From: Treponema sp.
Lineage (GTDB): Bacteria > Spirochaetota > Spirochaetia > Treponematales > Breznakiellaceae
Reading direction: 5' to 3'
Assembly (NCBI GenBank): GCA_031255285.1
Contig: JAIRSU010000089.1
Coordinates: forward strand, 1 to 54,302
Length of the DNA stretch: 54,302 nucleotides
This document shows, one piece after another, positions 7,913 to 16,820 of the stretch; positions within the stretch are counted from its first letter, which is position 1, and the number at the start of each line of letters is the position of its first letter. Under the pieces are notes generated by a model that worked only from the letters and a program-made list of their open reading frames with translations, ran no database searches and had not been told where the DNA came from. The position numbers were made by a program, and so were the translations under genes.

Positions 7913-8497
7913 ATGTCTATCAATTTAACGAAAGGTCAAAGAATCGATCTGTCAAAAGACGGAGGTGGAGCGCTCAAGAAAGTAGTCGTCGGGCTGGGCT
8001 GGGACGTGGTGGATAATGGTCCGGATATTGACTGCGACGCATCCGCTATCCTTTGCGGTGCAGACGGCAAGACCATCCGCAAAGGAGACGTGGTGTTCTA
8101 CAATAACCAGAAACATCCGAGCGGGAGCGTCTACTCTACCGGCGATAACCTTACTGGTGCTGGCGAAGGCGACGATGAGCAGCTCATCGTCGATATGGCG
8201 AAAATCCCGGTCGAATACGACAAAATCGTCTTTGTCGTAACCATTTATCAGGCAAAAGAAAGAAGACAACACTTTGGACTTATCAATAACGCCTTCATCC
8301 GCATCGTGGATGCTGAAACAAGCAAAGAAATGATGAAATATAACTTGTCAGAGACATATCCTGGTAAAACCGGTATGATTTTCGGTGAAATCTACCGCAA
8401 AGACGGGAAATGGAAGTTCAACGCCATCGGGCAAGCCACAGATGATGGCGGAATAGTCGGTATGTCCGCCAGATTTGGATACACAAGCTTCAAATAA
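7913..8497 (+). CDS. terD: TerD-family protein, paralogue 2
   Basis: 194 aa carrying the same [28 protein letters not shown] and WKFNAIG blocks. SD is AGAGGAGG. Confidence 0.9.
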   Translation: MSINLTKGQRIDLSKDGGGALKKVVVGLGWDVVDNGPDIDCDASAILCGADGKTIRKGDVVFYNNQKHPSGSVYSTGDNLTGAGEGDDEQLIVDMAKIPVEYDKIVFVVTIYQAKERRQHFGLINNAFIRIVDAETSKEMMKYNLSETYPGKTGMIFGEIYRKDGKWKFNAIGQATDDGGIVGMSARFGYTSFK

Positions 8498-8543
8498 GTC
8501 TGTTCCGGTAATAAGTCGTGGACTCTGTCATCCGCTTTAGAAA

Positions 8544-8560
8544 GCCCCCGTTAAGGGGGC
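8544..8560 (+). terminator. GC-rich hairpin after the second TerD gene
   Basis: GCCCCC-GTTAA-GGGGGC. The downstream sequence is T-rich but has no contiguous U-run directly after the stem. Confidence 0.45.
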
Positions 8561-8735
8561 AATCCTTTGCCTCTATTTCCTTTTTCCCGTCTATTTTGAT
8601 TGATATTCCGCTCTGCCTTTATTTCCCAATAATTACCGTGAGGCATGTTTGACAGCAGATATATGGCGTGGGTTCACGGGAAACTGTCGAATGTTCGTAC
8701 TTAAATCAATATTTTCAGGTGAAAGTTGCTATATT

Positions 8736-8759
8736 GAAAAACGCGGAGTAAGACTCCGC
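8736..8759 (-). terminator. Intrinsic terminator on the minus strand, about 240 nt downstream of pheS
   Basis: Minus-sense GCGGAGT-CTT-ACTCCGC followed by GTTTTTCAATAT. Confidence 0.65.
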
Positions 8760-8999
8760 AAGTTTCAGATTCGATGGTAATGAAAAACAACCAAATAGCC
8801 AGCCTTTCGCATTTTACAATTAAAAACAAAGCCTGTCTGTTGGCAAGATTGACTCGGCCGTTGGCAAATCCAGGTTTTGTCGCAAAAAATGGTTAATTGT
8901 ATAGAGCATCAAACAACGTGGACTAACGCACAGAATGGGAGCGGGGAGTTGAAGAGCAGTTCTTCGCCCTTTGCACGCTTATTCTGCTGAAATCGTAAG

Positions 9000-10568
9000 T
9001 TATGCTGTTCGCCGCAGGCGCACGGCTTCAATATCATAGCTAAACAGCTCTCTCAGATCGTTAAGTCCCAGCGCCATGAGAGCCATACGATCAATGCCGA
9101 TGCCCCAGGCCGCAACCGGTACATTCACGCCGAGGGATGTGGTTACTTCGGGGCGGAATATGCCGGAGCCGCCGAGTTCAAACCAGCCAAGAACCGGATG
9201 CTTAATGTGAACCTCGACAGAGGGCTCGGTAAACGGGAAGTAACCCGGTACATACTTTACTTCTTTCGCGCCGGCCACCTCAACGGCAAACATCTCAAGG
9301 AAGCCTAACAAGGTGCGGAGATTCACGTCTTGTCCCAAGACAATGCCTTCGGTCTGATAGAAGTCAGAGAGGTGAGTCGCATCCACGCGGTCGTAGCGGA
9401 AACATCGTAGGATGCCAAAGTACTTACCCGGAACCTTTGCGCGAGGTAGGGTTTTGGCCGACATGACGGTGCCTTGTGAACGCAGAATCAGGCGTTTAGT
9501 AAAATCCCGGTCAAAGTGATACTTCCAGCCACGGGAACCAGTACCACCGCCGTTTTCATGCGCGGCCGCGACGTTAGTCAGCCAAGGCTCTTCAATATCT
9601 TGTACGGACTGGGGTTCACAGATGCGATAAACATCATGAATATCCCGCGCCGCATGGAACTGGGGCATGAAAAGCGCATCCGAATTCCAGAATTCGGTCT
9701 CAACAAGAGGTCCGTCAAACTCCTCAAACCCGAGGGACGCGAGTTTGTCTTTTACATCCTCCAAGAACGTAGCATAGGGGTTGGTCCTTCCCGGAACCAG
9801 GCGGGTGGGCGGCACATTGACGTTGTAGGCGCGGAATGTTTTGCCTTTCCATGAGCCGGTTGCGAGCATCTCCGGCGTGAGCGCGTTGGTCTCTTCGCCG
9901 GTAAGCCCGGTTTTTCTCAACATATCCACAGTCGCGTCTCTCTCATCGGTGAAGGCGAAAAACACGGTTTCCCGGTCAAATTCACGAAACGCGGAATCGG
10001 TGGCTCCGCGCTTTTTAGATAGTCCGGCTACGGTTGTTCTTTCCGCGTCGGATAGCTCCGACCACGCGGCCGGTCCATCCGCGCCTTTGTCGAGCAGGCT
10101 CCGTATAAGCATCAGATGGAGTCCCGCGGGCGTGTTCGGTCCGGGCCTGCCGTTCACGGTTTGCTCAGGACCTAGAGCGAGCGTAATTCTCTTTTCTGCG
10201 TTCATAGTCAACACGCCGAGTTTGGCAAGACTCCCAAAGGCACTCCCTGTCTCTTTGTCGCTAATTTTCAGTATCCGGGCGGCTTCTGTCAGCTTCATGG
10301 GTTTGATTCTGACCAATTCAATCAGGCGCTCCTCAGGCGCACCTTTCTCCTTCCACTGTCTGCCGAGTTCAGTTAATTCGAAGAAAGTCTCTTTTTCTCT
10401 GCGTCTTTCCTTGATAAGCCCTTTTCCCAAGAGCCATGACAGGGCTTGGTTACCGTTGCCTGTCTTAAAATTCAGGTCTTTTTCAACGTTCTCGGCTGAA
10501 AGCTCCGCGTCTTTTGGATAAGAGAGTAAAATTTTCACCTCAAGCGGGTGCAAGTTTGTTATTTTCAT
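9000..10568 (-). CDS. pheS: Phenylalanine--tRNA ligase alpha subunit, long archaeal/eukaryote-like form
   Basis: 522 aa with a class II aaRS core (FRYDRVDATHLSDFYQTEG, FTEPSVEV, GSGIFRPEV, AWGIGIDRMALM) after a long N-terminal extension. Confidence 0.9.
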   Translation of the reverse strand: MKITNLHPLEVKILLSYPKDAELSAENVEKDLNFKTGNGNQALSWLLGKGLIKERRREKETFFELTELGRQWKEKGAPEERLIELVRIKPMKLTEAARILKISDKETGSAFGSLAKLGVLTMNAEKRITLALGPEQTVNGRPGPNTPAGLHLMLIRSLLDKGADGPAAWSELSDAERTTVAGLSKKRGATDSAFREFDRETVFFAFTDERDATVDMLRKTGLTGEETNALTPEMLATGSWKGKTFRAYNVNVPPTRLVPGRTNPYATFLEDVKDKLASLGFEEFDGPLVETEFWNSDALFMPQFHAARDIHDVYRICEPQSVQDIEEPWLTNVAAAHENGGGTGSRGWKYHFDRDFTKRLILRSQGTVMSAKTLPRAKVPGKYFGILRCFRYDRVDATHLSDFYQTEGIVLGQDVNLRTLLGFLEMFAVEVAGAKEVKYVPGYFPFTEPSVEVHIKHPVLGWFELGGSGIFRPEVTTSLGVNVPVAAWGIGIDRMALMALGLNDLRELFSYDIEAVRLRRTA

Positions 10569-10574
10569 AGAGAC

Positions 10575-10603
10575 AGCATAGCAAATTTAACATTCTGAAA
10601 CAA
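10575..10603 (-). promoter_or_regulatory. Promoter abutting the pheS ATG (leaderless geometry)
   Basis: Minus-sense TTGTTT-17 nt-TATGCT-6 nt-ATG. Confidence 0.45.
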
Positions 10604-10618
10604 GTCCTGTTAGTCGAT

Positions 10619-11257
10619 TCAAAACTCAAGGGAATAGACGTCTTCCACACCTTTGACTAAAACTCCTCCCATGCCCAAGCTCAGTGGGACCGCTATGTCA
10701 ATGTCAAAGCGGTCTCCTACGGATACACATTCACAGCAGGGAACAGAGAGTAATTCTACGATCTTGAGAAAGGGTGCGGGGTGGGGTTTGGAGACCTTGC
10801 ATACGTCGAGTCCCAAGACTGCCGAAAAGACAGAGAGGTCTATTCCCAGAGCGGTGAGGGTCTTCCGTGCAACAACCATCGGGTTATTGGTAAGAAGCGC
10901 CAATTTGTATGTGGAAGAAAGGTGTGTAAGGCTCTGTTTCAGGAGGGGGTCAGGACGGAGGCTCCCTGACGGTTCCAGAAGTTCCTCGCGCCAGCGAATG
11001 CTTTCTTCTATGCTCACACCGAAAGCAAGGAACACATTAGCGAGACTCGTCCCTTTTCCTGCGTGGGTCAGCGCGAATTCTGCGCGGAAGTCCGCGATTT
11101 CAGCTTGAGTGCGTTCGAAAGACTGTCCGTGCAGGGAGGCGAGTTTGGCGACAAGCAGATCTGTCTGGTTTCGCGCATATACGGGATTGGTGTAAAGCGT
11201 GCCATCCATATCAAAGAGTAGGGCGGAGACCTTTGATGGGAGAGAATACGTCTGCAT
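10619..11257 (-). CDS. HAD-superfamily hydrolase
   Basis: 212 aa with LLFDMDGTLY (DxDGT motif I), LALLTNN (motif II) and VGDRFDIDI (motif IV). Confidence 0.8.
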   Translation of the reverse strand: MQTYSLPSKVSALLFDMDGTLYTNPVYARNQTDLLVAKLASLHGQSFERTQAEIADFRAEFALTHAGKGTSLANVFLAFGVSIEESIRWREELLEPSGSLRPDPLLKQSLTHLSSTYKLALLTNNPMVVARKTLTALGIDLSVFSAVLGLDVCKVSKPHPAPFLKIVELLSVPCCECVSVGDRFDIDIAVPLSLGMGGVLVKGVEDVYSLEF

Positions 11258-11266
11258 TCTTCTAGA

Positions 11267-13180
11267 TTACTTAGTGAAGTTCATAAAATACGCGACGCAC
11301 ACCGCTTCCCATTCGTGGGCTTCCGCAACCTGAACATCAAGCTTGTTCAGAACGGACTGGTAGGAATCATGCGGGACTCTGCCTTCAACTTGTTTCCACC
11401 AAGTGCGCAGTTGTTTCGCGCTCTCGACTCCGCGGTGGTAACGGAACGTGAGTTCGTCCTTGAGAGTCCGCCGGGACCCCAATACATGGTCCCAAGGAAC
11501 ATGGTGAAACCAGAGCAGATATTTTTCAGGACAGGTCTCTATATTGTCGAACAAATCCGCCAGGGACCGCGCGTATTGGTCAACCGCGTTTGAACCTTTC
11601 CGCGTACGGTCGAACCCAAGCCCTTTTGCGTCCGCGCAATGGTAATACGGTGGTTTCCAGTCCGCACGCTCACCTTGTTCGCATCCCGGGTCTGGACCAT
11701 CGTGGTTCTCGTAGCGCATAATATGATGCAGTCCCAAGGGAGTCATATAATCCACGCACGCATCCCATGAATGGGTGAGGATATTGACAACCGCGTCCAC
11801 GACTGATAAGTCCCTTCCCCATGTCAGGACAGCCCATTCCCTTGCAATGTCCGTGCAGGAGAGAGTCCAGTCCCAGCTCAACCTGCCGAATGAGAATAAG
11901 TTCGCACTGTGAAATAAGCTCCCGCACCAGTCGTCATTGTCTCCGGTATTGGAAACACCGGCGATACCGGCGAGTTTCTTTTCTTCAAGAACCTTTCCCA
12001 CCGGGTCGGATAGTTGACTTGCCTGCATCTCTCCATGAGGGTCCCTTATGCCAAAGTTCAAGATTTCTTTCCACATGGGACCGAGAAACACGATGTGTTT
12101 CCCCTGTCCCAAGTACTCCTGGGTGATTTGGAGCTCCAGGAACAAGCCTGTTTTCTCCATCGCACCGAAGAGGGGGTGAACCGGCTCTCTGGGCTGAAAG
12201 TCAATGGGGCCATTTTTCACCTGTACGGCCGCGTTATCTCTGAACTGTCCGTCCAGTGGTTTAAAATCCGCATAAGCCTTCTTTGCACGGTCGCTTTCAC
12301 CATGTCCATAGACGAAAGCCCGCCAAATGACGATTCCGCCGTATGGGGCTAGGAAGTCTGCCAGCATATTCGCGCCGTCCACATGGGTACGCCCATACAG
12401 GTAGGGACCGGGTTGCCCCTCGGAATCGGCCTTGACTAGAAAGCCACCAAAGTCCGGGATAAGCGCGTATATCTCAGCCGCTTTATCCCTCCACCACGCA
12501 CGAACCGCGTTGTGAAGAGGGTCTGCGGTAGGCAGTCCACCTGAATTAACCGGAGCGGCGAAATTGGCCGAGAGGAAAACTTGTATGTTGTAAGCGCGAA
12601 ACATATCCGCAAGAATCGCAGTCTTCTCTAAATACGTATGAGATAGAAAAGCCGCGTCCGCGTTGACATTATTGAGAACCGTACCGTTGATACCTACAGA
12701 TGCGGCGAGGCGCGCATAATCAATGTACCGCCGGTCAACTTTGGGGAGTCTATCCCATTTCCAAAGACTTCCCCCGGCATACCCTCTTTCAATAGAACCA
12801 TCAAGGTTATCCCAATGATTCAACATACGTCGCGAGATTTTCGGCGAGTCGTCGAGTCCGACGAAACCTTCGTTTATTTTTCCGATATGTAGGAGGCGGA
12901 GAAAGGCGAAAACGCCATAAAGGACACCGCCGCCCGTCTGGGAACTTATGGTGAACACACCATTTCTGTTTCTGATAGAAAAACCTTCACCAGTAGGCGC
13001 GTGCTCCTCTCCTGCATTTTCACCTATTATCACTTCTGCGGGAAAAACGGTTTCCAATTCGGTTACTGCGGTGTTTAAAACGTCGCTTCTTTGTCTGCAA
13101 GAGAGAACCACACGGCGTACGATTTTTTCAATTGTTTCGATATATCCGCCTTCGTAGCGGAGCCATAGTTTATCATACAT
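11267..13180 (-). CDS. aguA: Alpha-glucuronidase, glycoside hydrolase family 67
   Basis: 637 aa with an N-terminal YDKLWLRY and the block NHWDNLDGSIERGYAGGSLW, remembered as typical of GH67. The length is also right. Confidence 0.8.
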   Translation of the reverse strand: MYDKLWLRYEGGYIETIEKIVRRVVLSCRQRSDVLNTAVTELETVFPAEVIIGENAGEEHAPTGEGFSIRNRNGVFTISSQTGGGVLYGVFAFLRLLHIGKINEGFVGLDDSPKISRRMLNHWDNLDGSIERGYAGGSLWKWDRLPKVDRRYIDYARLAASVGINGTVLNNVNADAAFLSHTYLEKTAILADMFRAYNIQVFLSANFAAPVNSGGLPTADPLHNAVRAWWRDKAAEIYALIPDFGGFLVKADSEGQPGPYLYGRTHVDGANMLADFLAPYGGIVIWRAFVYGHGESDRAKKAYADFKPLDGQFRDNAAVQVKNGPIDFQPREPVHPLFGAMEKTGLFLELQITQEYLGQGKHIVFLGPMWKEILNFGIRDPHGEMQASQLSDPVGKVLEEKKLAGIAGVSNTGDNDDWCGSLFHSANLFSFGRLSWDWTLSCTDIAREWAVLTWGRDLSVVDAVVNILTHSWDACVDYMTPLGLHHIMRYENHDGPDPGCEQGERADWKPPYYHCADAKGLGFDRTRKGSNAVDQYARSLADLFDNIETCPEKYLLWFHHVPWDHVLGSRRTLKDELTFRYHRGVESAKQLRTWWKQVEGRVPHDSYQSVLNKLDVQVAEAHEWEAVCVAYFMNFTK

Positions 13181-13185
13181 ACTTT

Positions 13186-13214
13186 ATTCTACCGCGTGGT
13201 TAGACCGGTGTCTA
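13186..13214 (-). promoter_or_regulatory. Promoter abutting the aguA ATG (leaderless geometry)
   Basis: Minus-sense TAGACA-17 nt-TAGAAT-5 nt-ATG. Confidence 0.45.
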
Positions 13215-13348
13215 GTATCAGGGAGGTTACGGGTGTTTTGCGGTAGGTGTCTGTTCTTTGACAAGGTTTCGTGCCTGCCACACTATTCGTGCGCCCAAGC
13301 CGATCCCTTGCGTTAATCATGGAGGCGGGTCACGGCTCGTTTGCCTCC

Positions 13349-13377
13349 TTGTATTAGTACGCGTTTTTGGTTATAAT
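13349..13377 (+). promoter_or_regulatory. Promoter abutting the metG ATG (leaderless geometry)
   Basis: TTGTAT-17 nt-TATAAT-8 nt-ATG (13386), with no SD. Confidence 0.55.
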
Positions 13378-13385
13378 AGTTATAT

Positions 13386-15665
13386 ATGAAACGAAGACTT
13401 ATAACATCAGCGCTTCCTTATGTGAACAATGTTCCTCATCTGGGAAATCTTATACAGGTCTTGTCCGCAGACTGTTTTGCCCGTTTTTGCAGGTTGCGCG
13501 CCTATGACACACTCTATATATGCGGTACAGATGAATATGGTACGGCCACGGAAACCCGCGCTGCAGAAGAAGGTATCAGCCCTCGCGAGCTATGCGACCG
13601 TTATCACGCGATTCATGCGGATATTTATCAATGGTTCAATATCGCATTTGACTATTTTGGACGTACGTCAACTGATATTCAAACTCAGGTAACGCAGAAT
13701 ATTTTTGAAAACCTCGACGCGAATGGATTCATCACAGAGCATATAATCGAACAGTTGTATTGCTCTCAATGTGGACGCTTTCTTGCGGATCGTTATGTGC
13801 GCGGGATATGTCCTCACTGCGGACATGGCGAGGCTCGGGGAGACCAGTGCGAGAGTTGCGGCAAGCTTCTCGAACCGACTGAATTGAAGGTTCCACGGTG
13901 TTCCTCATGCGGGACCGAGCCGTCTTTGCAGGAGACTAAACATCTCTATATCGACCTCCCTAAAATCAAGGATCGTCTGGAAGCTTGGATAAAAACAGCG
14001 GCGGGTAAAGGTTCCTGGTCCAGTAACGCGGTTTCTATGACCGAGGCATGGATGCGGGATGGGTTGCGCGAGCGGGCAATCACGAGAGACCTTAAATGGG
14101 GTATCCCTGTGCCGAAACAAGGTTTTGAGGACAAGGTGTTTTATGTATGGTTTGATGCGCCCATAGGCTATATCTCTATCACTGGAGCGCTTGGACGTAA
14201 ATTAACCATGTCAACCGAAGAAGTTTCAAGCAAATCGACTCTTCCCTGGCGGGCTTTTCTTGAGGGGTGGTGGAAAAACCCTAAAAACGTAGACCTCTTC
14301 CAGTTCATAGGTAAGGATAATATCCCTTTCCATACGGTCATATTCCCATCGAGTCTGTTGGGAACCGGGGAAAATTGGACTATGCTACACCATATAAGCA
14401 GTACCGAATATCTGAATTACGAAAGCGGTAAATTTTCTAAATCCCGGGGTGTAGGTGTGTTCGGAACGGATGCCCGGGAAACAGGTATTTCCCCGGATGT
14501 GTGGCGCTTCTATATATTCTACAATCGACCTGAAAAGTCGGATGCGCTTTTCACATGGAAGGATTTTCAGAACAGGGTGAATAGTGAACTTCTGGGTAAT
14601 CTGGGTAATCTGGTGAACCGTACTCTCTCCTTCGTGAATCGCTACTATGAGGGCAAAATCCCGATGGGCGGCGCGAACAACGCGGACCACTGGGAGCGTG
14701 TACGGTGCTTTGAGGAGAGAATCACCGAGAGTCTTGAAAAGGCCGAATTGCGGGATGCTTTTCATATGGTTTTCAAGTTGTCCGCCTTTGCTAATAAGAC
14801 TTTTCAGGACGGGGAACCGTGGAAAAAGCGGACCGTATGCCCGGCTCAAACCGAGTCTCTTGTCCGCTTCCTTGCATATGTGGTACGCGATATTGCGGTG
14901 CTTGTAGCGCCGTTCATTCCACAGACCGCGGAGCGTATCGCATCGTTTTTTGGTCTGACGTTGCAGAAGGGTAGAGAAAATGCTCTGTCATGGGCGGATA
15001 TTGGGAAGCCGCAGGGACTTTCACGGGTAGTGAAGACCGAGGCGCTCTTTTCGCGTCTCGAAGCTGATCAGGTTGAATTCTTTAAACAGAAATATTCAGG
15101 TATGCAAAAGGAACGAGGAAAGTCTCAAGAGACTCCTCCCACGATTGAAGAAGTCTTCAGTCAGACTGTGGATCTCCGCGTGGCGCGCATTATGAATATC
15201 GAAAAGCATCCTAACGCAGACAAGCTCTACATAGAGACACTTGATGTTGGTGGCGAGAATCGTACCATCGTATCCGGCCTTGCACCTTTTTACCAACAAG
15301 AAGAGCTTCTGGGGAAGAGCGTCGTCATGGTCTACAATCTCAAACCTGCGAAGCTCCGTGGTGTGGAGAGTCAAGGGATGTTGCTTGCGGCATCAGTCAA
15401 GGGTGCGGGCGAAATGGTCGAAGTGCTGGACGCACAAGATGCGCCTACCGGTACGCGGGTTTTGGTAGACGTTTCTCAAGAAAAGGATGTCCCAGTAGGC
15501 AGGGCGGACGCGGAGAAGTTGCAGTTTCCTGTGATAACTATTGATACTTTTGTGCAATTCCCCCTTGTCGTGAAGAATGGCGTGGTTCATGTCAAGGACA
15601 GGGCGCTTATGTTGTTGAACAAGCCTCTTGTTACGCAAAAGATTCTCGACGGGGAGGTTCACTAG
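13386..15665 (+). CDS. metG: Methionine--tRNA ligase with C-terminal EMAP-II/Trbp111-like tRNA-binding domain
   Basis: 759 aa with PYVNNVPHLGNL (HIGH-type), zinc knuckles CPHCGH...CESCG, KFSKSRG (KMSKS) and C-terminal VARIMNIEKHPNADKLYIETLDVG. Confidence 0.93.
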   Translation: MKRRLITSALPYVNNVPHLGNLIQVLSADCFARFCRLRAYDTLYICGTDEYGTATETRAAEEGISPRELCDRYHAIHADIYQWFNIAFDYFGRTSTDIQTQVTQNIFENLDANGFITEHIIEQLYCSQCGRFLADRYVRGICPHCGHGEARGDQCESCGKLLEPTELKVPRCSSCGTEPSLQETKHLYIDLPKIKDRLEAWIKTAAGKGSWSSNAVSMTEAWMRDGLRERAITRDLKWGIPVPKQGFEDKVFYVWFDAPIGYISITGALGRKLTMSTEEVSSKSTLPWRAFLEGWWKNPKNVDLFQFIGKDNIPFHTVIFPSSLLGTGENWTMLHHISSTEYLNYESGKFSKSRGVGVFGTDARETGISPDVWRFYIFYNRPEKSDALFTWKDFQNRVNSELLGNLGNLVNRTLSFVNRYYEGKIPMGGANNADHWERVRCFEERITESLEKAELRDAFHMVFKLSAFANKTFQDGEPWKKRTVCPAQTESLVRFLAYVVRDIAVLVAPFIPQTAERIASFFGLTLQKGRENALSWADIGKPQGLSRVVKTEALFSRLEADQVEFFKQKYSGMQKERGKSQETPPTIEEVFSQTVDLRVARIMNIEKHPNADKLYIETLDVGGENRTIVSGLAPFYQQEELLGKSVVMVYNLKPAKLRGVESQGMLLAASVKGAGEMVEVLDAQDAPTGTRVLVDVSQEKDVPVGRADAEKLQFPVITIDTFVQFPLVVKNGVVHVKDRALMLLNKPLVTQKILDGEVH

Positions 15666-15756
15666 GCGCATCTTAGGATGCTCGCGTTTCCTGCGATACG
15701 TGGCATTTGCGGTACCGTTTGCGTATTTCAACGTTCTCTGCGGGGTGAATGGCGGT

Positions 15757-16782
15757 TTATCTTTTGACGTAGAGTTTGCCTGCCTCAATATGCGAGTCGA
15801 AAGTCTTTGAGAAATAATGCTTACCGGACGATGGGTCAATGAGTCGGAAGTAAAGATAGTCGCTTGGTGCGGGGTTGAGAACCGCATTGAGCGCTACATA
15901 CCCCGGATTAGCGATGGGGGCGGGTGGTAACCCCTTGTAGATGTAGGTGTTGTAGGGGTCTCTGATTTTTGTATCTTGGGTAAGAAGCACTTCTGGATGC
16001 GGTTTTCCTTGTATTTCTGTGATAATGTATTCGACAGTGGCGCAAGATTGGAGTGCCATATTGATTTTCATCCTATTGAAAAATACGCTTGCCATGACGG
16101 GGGCTTCCTCTTCAAGTCGGTACTCCCGTTCTACGATAGACGCAAGCGTTACTTTTTCAAAAATCTCTCGAGGAGAGAGTTTGTCGTCGGCGATTTCCTT
16201 GAAATGCTTGAAAAAATTATCCACCAACACTTGGACGACCCTTTCGGCAGGATAGTGTTCTTCAAAGAAGTAAGTATCGGGAAAGAGATAGCCTTCAAAG
16301 CTGGATGCAGGAACAAAGTAATGTGCGAGGAGGTCTGTATTCTCTACTGCTTGCAGGAATTCTTCTTCTTCGCAGACTGCTGCTTCTGCAAAGACACGGG
16401 CAGTTTTAGTCACCGTAAGCCCTTCAGGAATCGTTACTTTAACGAGCATCTGTTTCCCTCGCGTCAAAACATTGTAGATTTCTATCTGGGTCGCCGGAAG
16501 CTCTAATCTGTAAGACCCGGCTTTTAATGGTTCTTCTTTCCATCGGTTCAAGATGTACCAGAACCATCGGCTTTTGATGAAGCCTGCGTCTTCGAGCCGC
16601 AATCCAATAATGCTGGCGCTTTCGCCCTGCTTTACCTCAAATAAGGAGTCTCGTTTTTCTATATCAGGCGGAGCATTCAAATTTATTGCGGCGCATAAAC
16701 CTACGGCCGAAAAAACAAAACCTAGTCCAATGAGAACAACAAGGATTTTTAATATGACTGTTAAAATCTTGTGAAATATCAT
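15757..16782 (-). CDS. mltG: Endolytic murein transglycosylase MltG (YceG-like)
   Basis: 341 aa with an N-terminal TM helix and the YceG-like core, including LASIVEREY and NTYIYKGLPPAPIANPG. Confidence 0.88.
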   Translation of the reverse strand: MIFHKILTVILKILVVLIGLGFVFSAVGLCAAINLNAPPDIEKRDSLFEVKQGESASIIGLRLEDAGFIKSRWFWYILNRWKEEPLKAGSYRLELPATQIEIYNVLTRGKQMLVKVTIPEGLTVTKTARVFAEAAVCEEEEFLQAVENTDLLAHYFVPASSFEGYLFPDTYFFEEHYPAERVVQVLVDNFFKHFKEIADDKLSPREIFEKVTLASIVEREYRLEEEAPVMASVFFNRMKINMALQSCATVEYIITEIQGKPHPEVLLTQDTKIRDPYNTYIYKGLPPAPIANPGYVALNAVLNPAPSDYLYFRLIDPSSGKHYFSKTFDSHIEAGKLYVKR

Positions 16783-16820
16783 TTATAGTGAAAAGCAGTA
16801 GGGAATAAGACTAATAACTG

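Noticed and set aside
7313-8497. Calling the TerD pair a complete tellurite-resistance (ter) operon or a defence system
   Set aside because: Only two TerD-domain genes are present, with no terZABC(E)F, TerY/kinase/phosphatase triad or associated biosynthetic genes in the window. No function beyond 'TerD-family' is supported.
13181-13348. Possible leader, attenuator or T-box upstream of metG (hairpin GGAGGC...GCCTCC at 13321-13348)
   Set aside because: No specifier/T-box conserved sequence is present. A consensus promoter lies downstream of the hairpin, immediately before the ATG, so the hairpin is more likely unrelated or an upstream insulator.
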